Of a stretch of 48,315 nt of DNA, positions 28,925-38,847 are shown piece by piece. The notes below the pieces were generated by a model. It searched no databases. It was given only the letters and a program-made list of their open reading frames with translations, and was not told the DNA's origin. Within the stretch, counting starts at the first letter, position 1. Each line of letters opens with the position of its first letter. The DNA is from an uncultured Gemmatimonadota bacterium (GTDB taxonomy: Bacteria > GCA-2686955): the NCBI GenBank assembly GCA_964490075.1, contig CAZBBK010000042.1:1-48315 (forward strand), read 5' to 3'. Both the position numbers and the translations under genes were made by a program.

Positions 28925-30670
28925 TCAATCGCAATCGGGTCGTCGCTCGGCCCGCACTCTGGCCGCGATCCACTCGCCGGCCTCATCTACGGGCAGCTCC
29001 CATTTGCCGCCGCCGAGACGCTCCTTGATCTCGACCGTGCCGTCGCGGTCGATGCCCCGGCCGGCGATGATCTTGTAGGGGAAGCCGATCAAATCGGCGT
29101 CCTTGAACTTCGGACCCGGCTTCATCTTCCGGTCGTCGAGCAGTACTTCGATGCCGGCTTCGCTCAGACTCTCGTAGAGTCTCTCCGCCGCCTGCACGAC
29201 GCTCTCCTTCTTGGCGTCGGCCGGAATGATGATGACTTCGTAGGGCGCGACCGGGACCGGCCAGGCGCAGCCCCACTCGTCGTGGCGCTGCTCGATCGCC
29301 GCCGCCGCGATGCGCGAGACACCGATTCCGTAGCATCCCATGACCAGGGGTTGCGACGCGCCCGCGGCATCGAGAAAAGTGGCGCCCATGGCGGCCGAGT
29401 ACTTGGTGCCCAGCTTGAAAATATGCCCCACTTCGATGCCGCGGCGCTGGCCCAACTCGGCGCCGCAGGTGGCGCAAGGCTCTCCGCCGCGGGCGCTGCG
29501 GATGTCCGCGAAATCCGGGATGGGACAATCTCTGCCGAAGTTCACGTCGAGGGCGTGATGGTCGGTCCGGTTGACGCCGCAGAGCACGTTGACCATTCCG
29601 CGAAGGGTCTCATCGGCGACGATCTTGCAGTCGCCTTGGAGATCGACCGGGCCGGCGAATCCGACGTCGGCGCCGCTGCGCACGCTGACCTCGGCCTCGG
29701 TCGCGGGCCTCAACACCAGCCCTCCGACCTCGTTCAGCAGCTTGATCTCGTTGATCTCCTGATCTCCTCGGATCAGTGCGACGATCGCCTCTTCGTGATC
29801 GGCGTGCGCCGAGGTGTAGTGGATGGTCTTGACCATCCGGTGCGCGGGCACGTCGGGGAAGAAGCCGGCCAGCTGCTCGACCGTCTTGATGTCTGGCGTG
29901 CTCTCGATCCGGATCGGGCGGGGACTCTCTCGCAACGGCTCGGCGAATCGCGAGACAGCTTTTTCGACGTTGGCCGCGTAGTCACACTTTGGGCAGTAGA
30001 TGATCGCGTCTTCCCCGGCTTCCGCGGCGACCATGAACTCCTGGGAACCGGTGCCACCGATGTCGCCGGAGTCGGCTTCGACGACCAGCACTTCGAGGCC
30101 CATGCGTCGAAAGAGCCGATGATAGGCGTCGGACATCGCGCTGTAGGAACGATCCTGGCCGGCGCCGTCGGCGTCGAACGAGTAGGCATCTTTCATGATG
30201 AACTCTTTGACACGCATCAAGCCGAAGCGCGGCCGGATCTCGTCGCGGAACTTGGTGTGGATCTGGTAGTAGTTGACCGGCAGCTGTTTGTGTGAGCGCA
30301 CCACGGAACGGGCATAGTCGGTGATGATCTCTTCGTGCGTGGGGCCGAGACACATGACGCTGCCGCGACGGTCTTCGAGCGTGAACATGGTGTTGCTCTT
30401 GAGGTAGCTGTCCCAGCGTCCCGACTCGGTCCACAACCGACGATCCTGGAGGATCGGCATCTGCACTTCGAGGGCGCCCGCGCGGTCCATCTCCTCGCGG
30501 ATGATCTGCTCGATCTTGCGCAGCACGCGCCACATCAGCGGGCCATAGAGATAGCGACCGGCGCCCGATTTGTGAATCAGGCCGGCGCGCAGCAGCAGCC
30601 GATGGCTGACCACTTCGGCGTCCGCGGGGTCTTCGCGATATGTGACTACATTGAGAGCTGTCGCACGCAT
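28925..30670 (-). CDS. proS: Prolyl-tRNA synthetase (bacterial type with editing domain)
   Basis: SHRLLLRAG, LGPTHEE, KFRDEIRPRFGLMR, GIEVGHIFKLG, MGCYGIG. Confidence 0.97.
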   Translation of the reverse strand: MRATALNVVTYREDPADAEVVSHRLLLRAGLIHKSGAGRYLYGPLMWRVLRKIEQIIREEMDRAGALEVQMPILQDRRLWTESGRWDSYLKSNTMFTLEDRRGSVMCLGPTHEEIITDYARSVVRSHKQLPVNYYQIHTKFRDEIRPRFGLMRVKEFIMKDAYSFDADGAGQDRSYSAMSDAYHRLFRRMGLEVLVVEADSGDIGGTGSQEFMVAAEAGEDAIIYCPKCDYAANVEKAVSRFAEPLRESPRPIRIESTPDIKTVEQLAGFFPDVPAHRMVKTIHYTSAHADHEEAIVALIRGDQEINEIKLLNEVGGLVLRPATEAEVSVRSGADVGFAGPVDLQGDCKIVADETLRGMVNVLCGVNRTDHHALDVNFGRDCPIPDFADIRSARGGEPCATCGAELGQRRGIEVGHIFKLGTKYSAAMGATFLDAAGASQPLVMGCYGIGVSRIAAAAIEQRHDEWGCAWPVPVAPYEVIIIPADAKKESVVQAAERLYESLSEAGIEVLLDDRKMKPGPKFKDADLIGFPYKIIAGRGIDRDGTVEIKERLGGGKWELPVDEAGEWIAARVRAERRPDCD

Positions 30671-30728
30671 GTCCTTGTCCATCCTGATGGGTGAGGACGG
30701 CAACCCTAGAGCACGCGAGGGGCCGGGG

Positions 30729-32048
30729 TCAACGATGGGGCCGCGGACGCACCGGCGCGGGAGCGAGGATGTCTCGAATCAGCTCGCTGACGCGCTCGAG
30801 ATCGTCCCTGCCCGGGACCGCGAGCTCGGACAAGGAAGCGCCGGTGAGACTACGGAAGCCGAGGGTGCAGACCGCGGCGTGCACGCCGTAGGCAATCGTT
30901 GTCGCCAGTGCGGCACCGGCCAATCCGAGGACCGGAATCAGCGCCAGATCGAGAACCACGGTGGCGGTGAGCGAGACCAGCGAGGCGCGCGCGGCGAGGC
31001 CCGGATGTCCTGTGCCGGAGAGGTGCTTGGAGAGGATCTTGGATACCGAGAGCAGGACCACTCCCGGCAAGAGCCACGCCAGCGGCTCCCACGCTGGAGC
31101 GAAGTCGGCGCCGTAGAGCAAGGGGAGCGCGACCCCCCCGAGAACGAGAATGAGCCCGGCCAGCACCGTGGAGGCACCGAGGGCGATCCGGCAGGCGCGG
31201 CTGGCGGCGGCGCGCGCGGTCTCGGGGGCGCCGCGGGCGATCCGCGGAAGGAGAACGGTTCCCAGGGCGTCGGGAACGAACCACACGACCTCCGCCACAC
31301 TGGTCGCAACGGCGTAGAGCCCGGCCTCGCGGGCACCGAGGAAGATGCCGACCAGCAGCAGATCGAGACGCAGGTTCAGATACTGGGCGAGATTGCCGGC
31401 ATGCTCCTTCATGCCGAAACGCAGCAGCTTGCCGCTCAATCTGGGCCGGATCGGGGCGACCCCGGAAACGACGACGGCGGCTCGCGTGACCAGGTAGGTT
31501 GCGGTCATGGTGAGGGCCCCGACCGATGCGGCCAATGCCCCCGGCACGCCGCGCCCCAGGATGACGACCAGGAGGAGCACCAACGGCAGCTGGCTCAGAG
31601 GGCCGACCAGCAAGCCGCGATCGTAGTTGCCGAGGCGACCCGCCCCTCGCAAGAGCCCGTTGGCGGAGAGGATGATCAGCTGCAAGGGCAGCATCAGAAT
31701 CGCCAGGAGACGCCAGTCGAGCGGCGTATACGCGCGCCCCGGCAGCGCCCCCAACGACTGCAAGGCCAGCACGGCGGCCATGCCGGCGACCCCTGCCAGC
31801 ATCACCACCGCGAATGCGTGAGAGAGCAGCTCGCGTCGTTCGACGCGCGTGAAGAAGACCACCAGGGCCGCCTCGGTGCCGCAGCTCAACACTCGCGCCC
31901 CCAGAAAAGGGGCGATCAGGAGCAGCGCGACGACTCCGCGCCCCTCGGCGCCCAGCACACGAGCAACGATCACGCTGGTGACCATGGCGATGGCGGCCTG
32001 CAGCAGCCGCACCGAGAGATTCCGCAGCGCGAAGCGCGAGTGTTTCAT
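30729..32048 (-). CDS. wzx: Oligosaccharide flippase (MOP/Wzx family)
   Basis: ARVLGAEGRG, LNLRLDLLLV, AGLYAVA, LIPVLGLAGAALAT; many hydrophobic helices. Confidence 0.88.
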   Translation of the reverse strand: MKHSRFALRNLSVRLLQAAIAMVTSVIVARVLGAEGRGVVALLLIAPFLGARVLSCGTEAALVVFFTRVERRELLSHAFAVVMLAGVAGMAAVLALQSLGALPGRAYTPLDWRLLAILMLPLQLIILSANGLLRGAGRLGNYDRGLLVGPLSQLPLVLLLVVILGRGVPGALAASVGALTMTATYLVTRAAVVVSGVAPIRPRLSGKLLRFGMKEHAGNLAQYLNLRLDLLLVGIFLGAREAGLYAVATSVAEVVWFVPDALGTVLLPRIARGAPETARAAASRACRIALGASTVLAGLILVLGGVALPLLYGADFAPAWEPLAWLLPGVVLLSVSKILSKHLSGTGHPGLAARASLVSLTATVVLDLALIPVLGLAGAALATTIAYGVHAAVCTLGFRSLTGASLSELAVPGRDDLERVSELIRDILAPAPVRPRPHR

Positions 32049-33499
32049 GTCGCCCGCTCCTGCTCCGAGAGCGGCGGCGCGGGTGCGATCAGCGCTGCTT
32101 CATGATGCTCAAGGATCACCACCGCGAACCAGAACAGCGTCGCCAGCTGGTAGGTCGTAAAGGGCACGTGCGACACCGACATGACGAGCTGAACGAGAAC
32201 GATCGCCAAGACCGCGATCACGCGATCCGCTCCCGCTCGGTCACCGCGGCGGAGCGCCGCGCGGCGCAGCCGAAGTCCTCGCGCCAGGACCCTGCCGATC
32301 AAGAGCGCGAAGGCGGCGAAGCCCAGCAGTCCGTAGTGAATGAGCATTGCCAGAAGATCGTTGTGCACCGGCATCCCGGCGCCGCGAATCTGGGGCACAG
32401 GCGCAAAGCTCTCCGGCGCGAACTCGTGGGCCAGGTAGCGGAAGTTCTCATAGCCGAATCCGAACAGGATCTCGCGAGCCCCCGAGGAGACCATGCGCCA
32501 GGCGGTATCGACCAGTGTCAGCCGATAGAGCCACGACGAGGGATTCAGAACTCCATCGCGCACCGTCTCGTTGGCGGCCGAGAGCGGCGCCAAGAGCACG
32601 GCGACCACGCAGCCGCCGCAGACCCCCAGTGTCATGCGCGTGAGACGCCCACGATGCATCTGTCCGACCAGAAACAACAAAGCAAGCGACAGGTAGGCCG
32701 CACGGGAGAGCGTGAAGAAGATGGCGACGGCGATCACGCCGAGTGCCGCATTGGTGAGTGCGCGCGAACGTCGACGCGATTGGCTCACCAGCAGCACGGC
32801 GCCCATCGCCAGGAAAGCGCCGGCGTTGTTCGGGTTGATGAAGGGGCCCGATGCTCGATAGGTCGCCTCGGTCGCGTAGAGATTCCAGCCGACCAGGTAG
32901 TCGGTCGGATTGAAGGGATTGATATGAATGACACGCTCGATGCAGAGCAGCACCGCGATCAGCACGGCAGCCATCGCCAGCGCGTTCAGCACCCGATCGA
33001 TGTCGACCGGGCGGAGAGGCAAGGGTCGGATCGCGAAGTAGATCGCCAGCGGAGTCAGCGTCGACGCCAGGTAGAGGTCGAATACCTCGTCGAAACCGAT
33101 CACCGCCCTGAAAAGTGATGCGAATGTGAGCCCCAGGAAGAGCAGCACCAGACCGTCCAGGCGGGTGATCTTCCTGTGTATCGTGTTGCGGAAGATCCAC
33201 GCATGGGCGACCGAGATCAGCAGCAACATCAGAAAGGGGCGCCCGCCCTGGAGCTTGGCCGGGAAGAAGGAGTCGAAGAGGGGGCTGGTGAAAGGCAGCT
33301 GGAAAAAGAAGACGACAATCGCCAGGAGCGGCCGGCGCAGCATCGCCAACGCGATCACCAGCACCGGAATCCCCAGCACCGGCAGGGCTGGCTCGCGGGT
33401 GAGGGTAGAGCCGGTGACCAGCGCCAGCATCAAGAGGGCGGTGATGCACAGCGGCAACAAGACACGCTGGTCGCGCAGGATGCGGGCCAGACTGCTCAT
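32045..33499 (-). CDS. O-antigen ligase/polymerase (Wzy_C) family protein
   Basis: RASGPFINPN, TLSRAA, GFGYENF, VHND..GLLGF; multi-TM; ATGA overlaps. Confidence 0.88.
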   Translation of the reverse strand: MSSLARILRDQRVLLPLCITALLMLALVTGSTLTREPALPVLGIPVLVIALAMLRRPLLAIVVFFFQLPFTSPLFDSFFPAKLQGGRPFLMLLLISVAHAWIFRNTIHRKITRLDGLVLLFLGLTFASLFRAVIGFDEVFDLYLASTLTPLAIYFAIRPLPLRPVDIDRVLNALAMAAVLIAVLLCIERVIHINPFNPTDYLVGWNLYATEATYRASGPFINPNNAGAFLAMGAVLLVSQSRRRSRALTNAALGVIAVAIFFTLSRAAYLSLALLFLVGQMHRGRLTRMTLGVCGGCVVAVLLAPLSAANETVRDGVLNPSSWLYRLTLVDTAWRMVSSGAREILFGFGYENFRYLAHEFAPESFAPVPQIRGAGMPVHNDLLAMLIHYGLLGFAAFALLIGRVLARGLRLRRAALRRGDRAGADRVIAVLAIVLVQLVMSVSHVPFTTYQLATLFWFAVVILEHHEAALIAPAPPLSEQERAT

Positions 33500-34527
33500 G
33501 GGCTCGCCGCCTGCAGAGCGACGGGCGGCTCGGCCGCGATCGACTCGGACGCACGTCCCTTCGAAGAGCAAGGCCGGACTCTGCGAACCCGCCACAGGCT
33601 CCCATAGGAGATCGCGCGCAGCAATCGACCGCCGCCCCACCGTCGAACCAGGCGGGTCTGCAGCGCCGCCGCGGCGTCGCGCAGCGCCGGATCGATGTCG
33701 TCGAGCAGGGCGACGGGGATCAGCATCGACGCCCGATGCTCGACCACCTCGAGCCCGGCATCGGCCAGCAGCCGGCGCCAGGACGCCGCCCGGCAAGAGC
33801 GGAGCTCGTGCCACGATCCCCGATAGACGCCGTGAGGCGGCACCGCCGGGAAGTGCGGATAGTGCTCGCGGAAGCGGCTCCACAGATGCACGGCGTGGGC
33901 GTTTGGGGTCCGCGCAGCCCGCGGAGGCGGCGGCCCCTGATTCGACGCCCGGGGAGGAACTCGGCCACGAGCGCGCAGCAGGTAGGCGCGCAGCGAAGTC
34001 GCGATCTCCTTCGCGAGGTGGAGGTAGTACCACAAAGGCGCCCAGACCCGCTCGGCGGCCCCCGGCAGCAACAGCAGCGCTTCGCCCTCGTCCGACAGAA
34101 TCCGGGCGATCTCGCGGCAGGCCAGGTCGCGCTCGGCGACGTGTTCGAGGACGTAGGCACTCAGCACCAGATCGGCCGCACCCTCCGGCAGGGGCAACGA
34201 GGCGGCGTCGGCAGCGACCAGGGCGTGGGAGAGATCGAGCCGTTCGCGAAGGCGGCGCGCCGGCTCCATGCCCAATGCGTGCCGCGCGCGGTCGCGCACC
34301 GGCAGATCGATGGCGATCACCTTTCGGGCGAACGATGAGAGCAGTCCGGCCGCGAAGCCGATGCCGCAGCCGATCTCGACGGCCAGGCTGGGAGCAGGCG
34401 CGGCGCCTCTCCCTCGCAGCGCCAGGCCGATCTCGCGGGCCCGAAAGCGGTAGTAGCGGGGCCAGGGCGCGAGGTCGGCGGCGTGCGCCTCGGCGCGGCG
34501 CGCCAGATCCGCGGCACCACGAATCAC
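33496..34527 (-). CDS. Class I SAM-dependent methyltransferase
   Basis: VEIGCGIG, ADAASLP, DLVLSAYVLEHV; GTGA overlap with the upstream stop. Confidence 0.85.
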   Translation of the reverse strand: MIRGAADLARRAEAHAADLAPWPRYYRFRAREIGLALRGRGAAPAPSLAVEIGCGIGFAAGLLSSFARKVIAIDLPVRDRARHALGMEPARRLRERLDLSHALVAADAASLPLPEGAADLVLSAYVLEHVAERDLACREIARILSDEGEALLLLPGAAERVWAPLWYYLHLAKEIATSLRAYLLRARGRVPPRASNQGPPPPRAARTPNAHAVHLWSRFREHYPHFPAVPPHGVYRGSWHELRSCRAASWRRLLADAGLEVVEHRASMLIPVALLDDIDPALRDAAAALQTRLVRRWGGGRLLRAISYGSLWRVRRVRPCSSKGRASESIAAEPPVALQAASP

Positions 34528-36260
34528 GATCCGACTCCGCGGGCAAGATCGGCTCCCGGCGCGGCGCCGTCGAAGCGCAGCACGCTGATGAGGGGACCCG
34601 CGCGGCGCCACGGGATCGGCTCGAATCGAGCCACGATCTGGCCCCGTGCCCAGATCTCGGAGTAGAGACGGGCGATGGCGGGAGCCTTTTGCCAGGCGTC
34701 CTCGCTCGCGTAGTTGGCGGCGATTCGATCGGAGAGCACCGCCCAGCGCGCACCATCGGAGAGATAGTCCTCGAGCCCGCGCGAGGCGTCGAAGGGATCG
34801 AGGTAGACGGGCTGGAAGGCGGAGTCCGCTCGGCGCTGCGCCGCGGGGATCGCGAACTCGGTCAGGTAACGAGCCTTGCCCGGGTCGGTCGAACGGTAGA
34901 GCGCCGCCTGCCGGGCCAGGTACTGGGCGGCGATCGGCAGCGGTACGGTCTGCGCCGCGGGAAAGGTGCGGTTCCCTTCCAGAAGGACCGGCGCGCCGGC
35001 CGGGAGGTGGGCCTCGATCCAGCGCAGCGCCGCGCCACGGGTGTCGTCCCCTCGCAGCTCCGCATCCCAGCGCAGCGTCCGCCAGGCGGGCTCGAGCAGT
35101 GCCAGGCAGGTCGCCGCCAGTACGGCCGCTCGGGCATGGCGACGGCCGCCTGAGATCTCGGCCGCCAACCCCGCCGCCAGCAGAGCCAGACAGGGCAGCA
35201 GCGGAACGATGTAGCGGTGGACGGCGACGGTGCGGGAGCCGCAGAGCACGACCAGGTAGGGGACCGTGAAAGCCAGGAGAAGCAACTCCGGCCTGCGCCG
35301 GCGCCGGAATGCCCAGAGAGCGCCGCCCAGCGCGGCCAGACAGCCCAGCCAGCCGAAAGCGAGCTGGAGCGCCTCGAAGTAGAGGGCGGGACCGCGCCGT
35401 CCCCCGAGCATCGCGGCGTCGAAAAGCTGGTGGCTCACCGCCCCGGTGAAGCTGCCGACCAGCATGGCCAGGATCCGCGGAGCGTTGGCCACCACGCCCG
35501 GGTTGCCAATCAGGTAGACGGCGATCGCCAGCGCCAACCCTTCGGTCATCCGGCGCCGAAGGCGGCGCCGCGGTCCCATCCAGTGCGCGAGCCAGAAGGG
35601 GAAGAGCAGCGCCCAGCCGGTGATCTTGATCATCGCCGCCGCTCCCAGCAGCGCCCCGGCGGCCCAGCTCCGGCGACGTCCCCCCTCCCCTTCGATCACG
35701 CCGCGCAAGACTGTGAGCTGGGCCAGGGCAAGAAAGCCCAGCGGCACCTCCAGCCCGATCAGTTGGCTCTCCTTCACGTGCAGGAAGGAGGCTGCCAGCA
35801 ACGCCGCCGCCAGCGGCCCGACCGGCAGGGCGCGACCACGCTCCGCCTCGCCGGGGTCGCGCCAGCGCCAGATCAGCGCCACGGTCGCGGCGCCGCAGCA
35901 GGCAACGGTCGCCCGCCCCACCAGCCAGAGCTCGGAGGGATCGCGGGCGAAAAGGTGCCCGAGAGCCGCCGGAGAGTCGAAGCGGCCGCTGAGCAGGCCG
36001 ATCGCCGCGATCGCCGCGTACTCCAGGAAAAGCAGGTAGAAGAGTCCCCCTTTCAGGGCACGGCTGAGATCGAAGTCGAAGTCCCCCGCGCCGAGGCGCA
36101 GGGCGCGGAACACCTCGTGCGCCTCATCGGCGTGGAAGCGATGCGGGAGCCCGTAGTCGATTCCGACCAGGCGCGGGATGAGCGCCGCCAGGAACACGGC
36201 GACGAGCAGCGCTCCGCCCCGGCGGCGTCCGGGGCGCGATCCGAGCGGCGCGCGGCTCAC
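34524..36260 (-). CDS. GT-C fold glycosyltransferase (ArnT/PMT-like)
   Basis: YGLP..HADE first-loop motif, multiple TMs, RYIVPLLP, soluble C-terminal domain. Confidence 0.82.
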   Translation of the reverse strand: MSRAPLGSRPGRRRGGALLVAVFLAALIPRLVGIDYGLPHRFHADEAHEVFRALRLGAGDFDFDLSRALKGGLFYLLFLEYAAIAAIGLLSGRFDSPAALGHLFARDPSELWLVGRATVACCGAATVALIWRWRDPGEAERGRALPVGPLAAALLAASFLHVKESQLIGLEVPLGFLALAQLTVLRGVIEGEGGRRRSWAAGALLGAAAMIKITGWALLFPFWLAHWMGPRRRLRRRMTEGLALAIAVYLIGNPGVVANAPRILAMLVGSFTGAVSHQLFDAAMLGGRRGPALYFEALQLAFGWLGCLAALGGALWAFRRRRRPELLLLAFTVPYLVVLCGSRTVAVHRYIVPLLPCLALLAAGLAAEISGGRRHARAAVLAATCLALLEPAWRTLRWDAELRGDDTRGAALRWIEAHLPAGAPVLLEGNRTFPAAQTVPLPIAAQYLARQAALYRSTDPGKARYLTEFAIPAAQRRADSAFQPVYLDPFDASRGLEDYLSDGARWAVLSDRIAANYASEDAWQKAPAIARLYSEIWARGQIVARFEPIPWRRAGPLISVLRFDGAAPGADLARGVGS

Positions 36261-37291
36261 CGCGCTTCCGCCGGCAGCGCCGCCAGCGAGTCCCGGTCCT
36301 GCTCCCGATCCGCGCCGCGGGGGGAGCGCGGCGCGGCCCGCACCGAGTAGACGGCGCCAGCCCGGCTGGAGTGGTAGATCCGCACCACCAGCTCCCCGAG
36401 CAGTCCCAGAACCAGAAACTGCGTGCCGATCACGATCAGCAAGACGCCGAGCAGGAAGAGCGGCGCGCGATGTTCCAGCAGGGCCAGCCCCGAGGCGTAC
36501 TTGAGGTAGATCAGCCAGCTCTCGATCGCGAGGCCGGTCCCGGCCAGCCCGAAGCCCAGGGTGCCGAAGAACTGCAGCGGACGGCTCAGGTAGCGGGTCA
36601 GGAAGAAGAGCCGGATCAGGTCGAAGAAGACCGTGACGCTGCGCCCGATGCCGTAGTTCGATTGGCCGGTCAGGCGCGGCCCGCAGCGAATCGGGATCTC
36701 GGTGATGGAGGCACCGCGCTCGCGCGCCAGCACCGGAATGAAGCGGTGGAACTCACCGTAGAGATGGAGCTCGCGCAGGACCTCGCGGCGATAGGCCTTG
36801 AAGGTGGTCCCGAAGTCGCGCAGCGGCACGCCCGACAGGAAGCGCATCGCCACATTGGCGCACTTGGAAGGGAAGCGGCGGCTGAGCCAGGCCTCGGGCC
36901 GGCGCTCGCGCCAACCGCTGACCACGTCGAAGCCCTCGTCGATCTTGGCCAGGAATCGGGGGATGTCCTCGGGCGCGTGCTGCAGGTCGCCGTCCATGGC
37001 GACCACGATCTCGCCTCGAGCGTGGTCGAAGCCGGCCTGCAAGGCCGGAGTCTGACCGAAGTTGCCGCGCAGAGGCAGGGGTCGAACCCGGGGGTCGAGA
37101 GCGGCGATCCGGCGCATGGCCGGGTAGCTGCCATCGGAGCTGCCGTCGTCCACCAGCACGATCTCCCAGGGGCGACCGGTGCTCTCGAGGGTGGTTCTGA
37201 GCCGCTCGTAGAGGCTCTGCAGGCTCTGGATCTCGTTGAAACAAGGCACCACGACCGTAACTTCCGGCCGCGATGCGCGCGCTGATGGCAT
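36257..37291 (-). CDS. GT2 polyprenol-phosphate glycosyltransferase (ArnC/GtrB/DPM-like)
   Basis: VVPCFNE, VDDGSSD, NFGQT, MDGDLQH, FHRFIP, two C-terminal TMs; GGAG RBS. Confidence 0.92.
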   Translation of the reverse strand: MPSARASRPEVTVVVPCFNEIQSLQSLYERLRTTLESTGRPWEIVLVDDGSSDGSYPAMRRIAALDPRVRPLPLRGNFGQTPALQAGFDHARGEIVVAMDGDLQHAPEDIPRFLAKIDEGFDVVSGWRERRPEAWLSRRFPSKCANVAMRFLSGVPLRDFGTTFKAYRREVLRELHLYGEFHRFIPVLARERGASITEIPIRCGPRLTGQSNYGIGRSVTVFFDLIRLFFLTRYLSRPLQFFGTLGFGLAGTGLAIESWLIYLKYASGLALLEHRAPLFLLGVLLIVIGTQFLVLGLLGELVVRIYHSSRAGAVYSVRAAPRSPRGADREQDRDSLAALPAEAR

Positions 37292-37393
37292 GGCAACTCC
37301 CCGCCGGTGGGCCACCGGCTCGTCGGGTAGATCGGCCCGACGTCCGGGAACTGCAGCGCTGCCTCGAGAATGCCCCCCGCGGCGAAAGGCGCT

Positions 37394-37419
37394 CTCTTGA
37401 CCACCCGAGTTCTCAAGAG
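37394..37419. promoter_or_regulatory. Palindromic site in a divergent promoter region
   Basis: CTCTTGA-N12-TCAAGAG perfect 7-bp inverted repeat. Confidence 0.35.
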
Positions 37420-37505
37420 TAGGGACCCGCGAGGCCGATCTTTATCAACAAGGATGGTTACCGGAACGCGGCCACCGAGAGGGCGCGCTTCCGCAGAGGC
37501 CCCAA

Positions 37506-37889
37506 ATGTTCGAGTTCCTAGCCGCGGCCACCACCCTCGTCACCGTCTGGATCGTCGTCATCGGAGGAATCCAGCTCGTCGAGAAGGTCCTGATACCAAG
37601 ACGCAAAGCCCGCCGCGAGGCGTTGGCGGCTCAACAGGCGGCCGCCGAGGCGATCGTGGGGCGCAAGCAGCAGATCGGAGACTTGACGCGCTCGGCGCTG
37701 CTCAACGCTCAGACTTCGATCAACCCCGAGGCGCGCCAGTCGATCGAGGTGCTGGCGAAGGCCAAGCGCATCAATTTCAACGAGATCGAGCGCATGGTCG
37801 AGCAGGAGTACGGAGTCCCGCTCAGCCAGCTCGACGACGACGACGCGCAGGAAGTGATCGCCAAGCTCGAGGCCGCCGCGCGCCGGTAG
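37506..37889 (+). CDS. Hypothetical small membrane-anchored helical protein
   Basis: 127 aa, N-terminal TM, GAGG RBS, typical codon usage, fills the gap between two minus-strand genes. Confidence 0.75.
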   Translation: MFEFLAAATTLVTVWIVVIGGIQLVEKVLIPRRKARREALAAQQAAAEAIVGRKQQIGDLTRSALLNAQTSINPEARQSIEVLAKAKRINFNEIERMVEQEYGVPLSQLDDDDAQEVIAKLEAAARR

Positions 37890-37899
37890 TGGAAGCGCC

Positions 37900-38847
37900 T
37901 CAGAGCTCGGGTCGAGCGCGGTACCAGTCCACGAAGCGCGCCAACCCCTCCTCGAGCGAGACCTCCGGCCGGTAGCCCAGCTCGGCGCCGGCACGGCTCA
38001 GATCGGCGCAGGTCTGGTCGACATCGCCCGGCTGCATCCCGATCCTCTTCACCTTCGCCTTGCGGCCCAGGACCCGCTCGATGCCGGCCAGCAAGGCGTC
38101 GAGCTCGATCATGGTCGAATTGCCGAGGTTGTAGATCCGGTAGCCGCCCGGACCGTCCAGAGCCGCCTCGACACCGCCGACGATGTCGTCGATGTAGGTG
38201 TAATCGCGGCGCGTGCCACGCCCGAAGAGGGTGATCTCGCCGCCCTGCTCGATCGCCCGCACGAACTTGTGGATCGCCATCTCGGGACGCTGGCGCGGAC
38301 CGTAGGCGGTGAAGAAGCGCAGGTTGACGATCTCGAGCCCGTGCAGGTGGTGGTAGCAGTGGCTCAGCTGTTCGCAGGCCAGCTTCGACGCCGCGTAGGG
38401 AGAGACCGGACGGTTCAGGTGCAGATCCTCGCGGAAGGGGATCTCGGGGTAGTTGCCGTAGACCGAGGAGGAGCTGGCCACGACCACCCTCCGAACCCGC
38501 TCGGCCCGCGACGCCTCGAACACCGCGAGCGAGCCGTTCAGGTTGACATCGAAGTAGAGGAAGGGATCGGCGATCGAAGGACGCACGCCGGCGCGCGCGG
38601 CGAGATGGACGACGGAATCGACGCCGCGGCAAAGCCGCCGCATCAGGTCCTGGTCTCTGATGTCTCCTTCGATCAGCTCGAAGCTCGGATGGCGGCTCGC
38701 CGCGCTCAGATTCGCTCGCTTGATCGCGGCGGGGTAGAAGTCGTCGAAGTTGTCGACGACGCGGATCCGATGCCCCCCGGCCAGCAGCCGGTCGACCACG
38801 TGGGATCCGATGAATCCCGCCCCCCCGGTCACCAGGATGTGGCTCAA
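37900..38847 (-). CDS. NAD-dependent epimerase (UDP-glucuronate 4-epimerase-like SDR)
   Basis: TGGAGFIG, HLAARAGVRPS, SSSSVYG, YAASK, RFFTAYGPRQRPEMA, QPGDV; TTGA overlap. Confidence 0.9.
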   Translation of the reverse strand: MSHILVTGGAGFIGSHVVDRLLAGGHRIRVVDNFDDFYPAAIKRANLSAASRHPSFELIEGDIRDQDLMRRLCRGVDSVVHLAARAGVRPSIADPFLYFDVNLNGSLAVFEASRAERVRRVVVASSSSVYGNYPEIPFREDLHLNRPVSPYAASKLACEQLSHCYHHLHGLEIVNLRFFTAYGPRQRPEMAIHKFVRAIEQGGEITLFGRGTRRDYTYIDDIVGGVEAALDGPGGYRIYNLGNSTMIELDALLAGIERVLGRKAKVKRIGMQPGDVDQTCADLSRAGAELGYRPEVSLEEGLARFVDWYRARPEL

